Below, piece by piece: positions 62,187 through 64,000 of a stretch of DNA of 64,000 nucleotides. The position numbers and the translations under genes are program-made. The stretch lies in the NCBI RefSeq assembly GCF_009914755.1, contig NC_060934.1; one strand, 5' to 3'. The DNA comes from the human T2T-CHM13v2.0 reference genome, Homo sapiens. The number at the start of each line of letters is the position of its first letter. Position 1 is the stretch's first letter. The notes under the pieces were generated by a model. The model was not told the DNA's origin. It did no database searches and saw only the letters and a program-made list of their open reading frames with translations.

Positions 62187-62322
62187 AGACATTTTTATTT
62201 TTACTTTTAAAAGTGAAAAAGAGAAAACAATTCAAATGTTCAATCAAAGAACAAATATATTGGGATTTACAAAACAATTGAATACTATGTAATACGTTAT
62301 TAAAATGATAGCATAGATAGAG

Positions 62323-62523
62323 CAGGGTTTAGCCCGCTGGCCAAATCCAATCTTCTGCCAGTTTCTGTAAATTCAGTTTTATTGGAATGCAGACATGCTC
62401 CTTCACTTGCATATTGTCTATAGCTGCTTTTGCTGTATAACAGTTATAAAACAGTCTAAATGCCCCACAAAGCCTAAAATATTTACTATTAGGCCCTTTA
62501 CAGCAAAAGTGTGCCCATCCCTG
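62323..62523 (+). mobile_element. MER58A (hAT-Charlie MITE)
   Basis: GGCCAAATCC...GTTTTATTGGAA...ATATTGTCTATAGCTGCTTT...AAAGCCTAAAATATTTACTAT...CCCTG; ATAGAG on both flanks. Confidence 0.85.
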
Positions 62524-63584
62524 GCATAGAGGAATAATTAATAATATGAAAAATTTTAACTATCAATTGGATATAGTTATCAAAATACATCAGAGTTTTT
62601 GCTTTATATACCCAATAAATAAGAATAGTAAAACATTCAAAGTTTTGTTCTGTTAAGAGTAGAAACAGAGAATGATTGGCAGTGTGTATATTGTTGCTAT
62701 GGAAACACACTGTAAACTTTGAAGATGCTATATATTTTACTAGATTAAATAATAAAGTCCCAGCAGTATGCCATTTTTAAAAATAGCACACACAGGATTT
62801 GAAGGAATCCACTAATAGAATCAAGGGGTCATATATGTTTGACATTAAGGAAGTTTGACATTAAGCCAGTGTTAAAGTGTTAAAAATTATAAGGTAAATT
62901 TGATATTTGTTTGACATGTAAGCCAATTTTAGATTAATAGACTCTCAGCACAGGCAGAAAATTTAAAAGCCATCCCAGTCAAGCACCTAGCGTATGCTTT
63001 TCTACTTACCATTATACCTGTAACAAATAGCTGTTGGATGTGGTTTGGATGCCTCAAAGTCTAGAAATTCATTCCTCCTGAGGCAAATCTGTTTTTGAAC
63101 AACTAATTTCTGAGAAGTTTTTTCTACTAATGAGAGAAAACTGTATCTTGGTTCTTCTTTTTGGTGAAGGCAAAACCACCAAATTCCTCTGAATTATTCA
63201 CTTCCATAATGCCTTGATGTGCTTTACTACTCATTGTAACAGGGAAATGCAGGAGGGCCATTTGGCCTTGAGCTCACTAGCCTTAAATGTAAACTTTGAC
63301 ATTATTTTAAATAATGTCACTGTAATTTTTTTTGTAAGAGTAAAGTGTTAATTTCTTAATACAGCACAAATAACCCATTTTTTATTACTATCATTTGCCA
63401 TTGATTAACTTTTAAACATACTGGGACCCAAAAAATTAAGAGGTTCAGGCCTTTCTAGTCTTTGGAGACCACTGCATATATAGACAGCATTATTGGAAGA
63501 GCATGGTAGTATCTATAGTGTACAAAAATATAATTTAGATACCTGAAAAAAAAACTTTCTTTTTTTTTAATATTGGAAGATAAT

Positions 63585-64000
63585 TTAATCATTCAACATA
63601 TTTGTACTGATTTCCTGTTGTGATTCCAGAAGTTGAGAATATAGCTATAAATAAGACAGGTAAAAATCCTTGTCCTTTTAGAGTTTACATTTTAGTGCTG
63701 AGAAACAGAATATAAACATATAAAAATAAGTAAAATAAATAATATAATTTAAAATATCAATAAAATTTACAAAGAAAATAAAAATGTGTAATGGAATAAA
63801 TAATTATCCGTTTAGATATTCAAGAAAGATCTTTCTGAAGAAGGAACATGTAAATGAGTCTGAATAAGAGAAGGTATTATCCTTGCAGTCCCTCAAGTTA
63901 GATATTTCTTCAAAAATACAAAGCTTGTCAGCAAGGGCAAAGGCCCGGAGGCACAAATGAGTTTTGCTTATTCAAGGGAGAACCAGAAAGAAGCCAGTAT
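63585..64000 (-). mobile_element. L2a-like 3' end running off the window
   Basis: CATTCAACA...AATAAGACAG...CCTTGTCCTTTTAGAGTTTACATTTTAG...CAAGGGCAAAGGCCCGGAGGC...AAGAAGCCAGT. Confidence 0.75.

Overview
AT-rich primate (human or great-ape-like) non-coding DNA. I cannot support any host protein-coding exon, RNA gene or CRISPR array. All sizeable ORFs in the supplied track come from transposable elements (L1 ORF1/ORF2 remnants, Alu, LTRs) or low-complexity sequence. The window holds about 17 Alu/FLAM copies and three young 5'-truncated L1PA insertions (L1PA3-like, L1PA2-like with a 5' inversion, L1PA4/5-like). It also holds a short L1PA7/8 tail, an internally deleted L1PA15/16, old L1M/L2/MIR relics, solo LTRs (HERV-W LTR17, MER50, MSTA, MLT1) and DNA-transposon MITEs (MER58A x2, MER2, MER102, MER1B, MER45A). 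The most unusual structures are: (i) an LTR17 carrying an antisense ERV9/LTR12 terminal fragment bracketed by a 111-bp direct duplication; (ii) the same TAT>TAG stop at one ORF2 codon in all three young L1s; (iii) two L1s whose target-site duplications (TSDs) lie beyond an extra segment with its own poly(A) signal and tail, i.e. candidate 3' transductions; (iv) a twin-primed L1 missing ~830 bp at its inversion. Several unique stretches carry motif clusters suggestive of enhancers. Subfamily calls rest on remembered consensus sequences, not a database search, and boundaries of old repeats are approximate. I see no evidence of a new multi-gene biological system.
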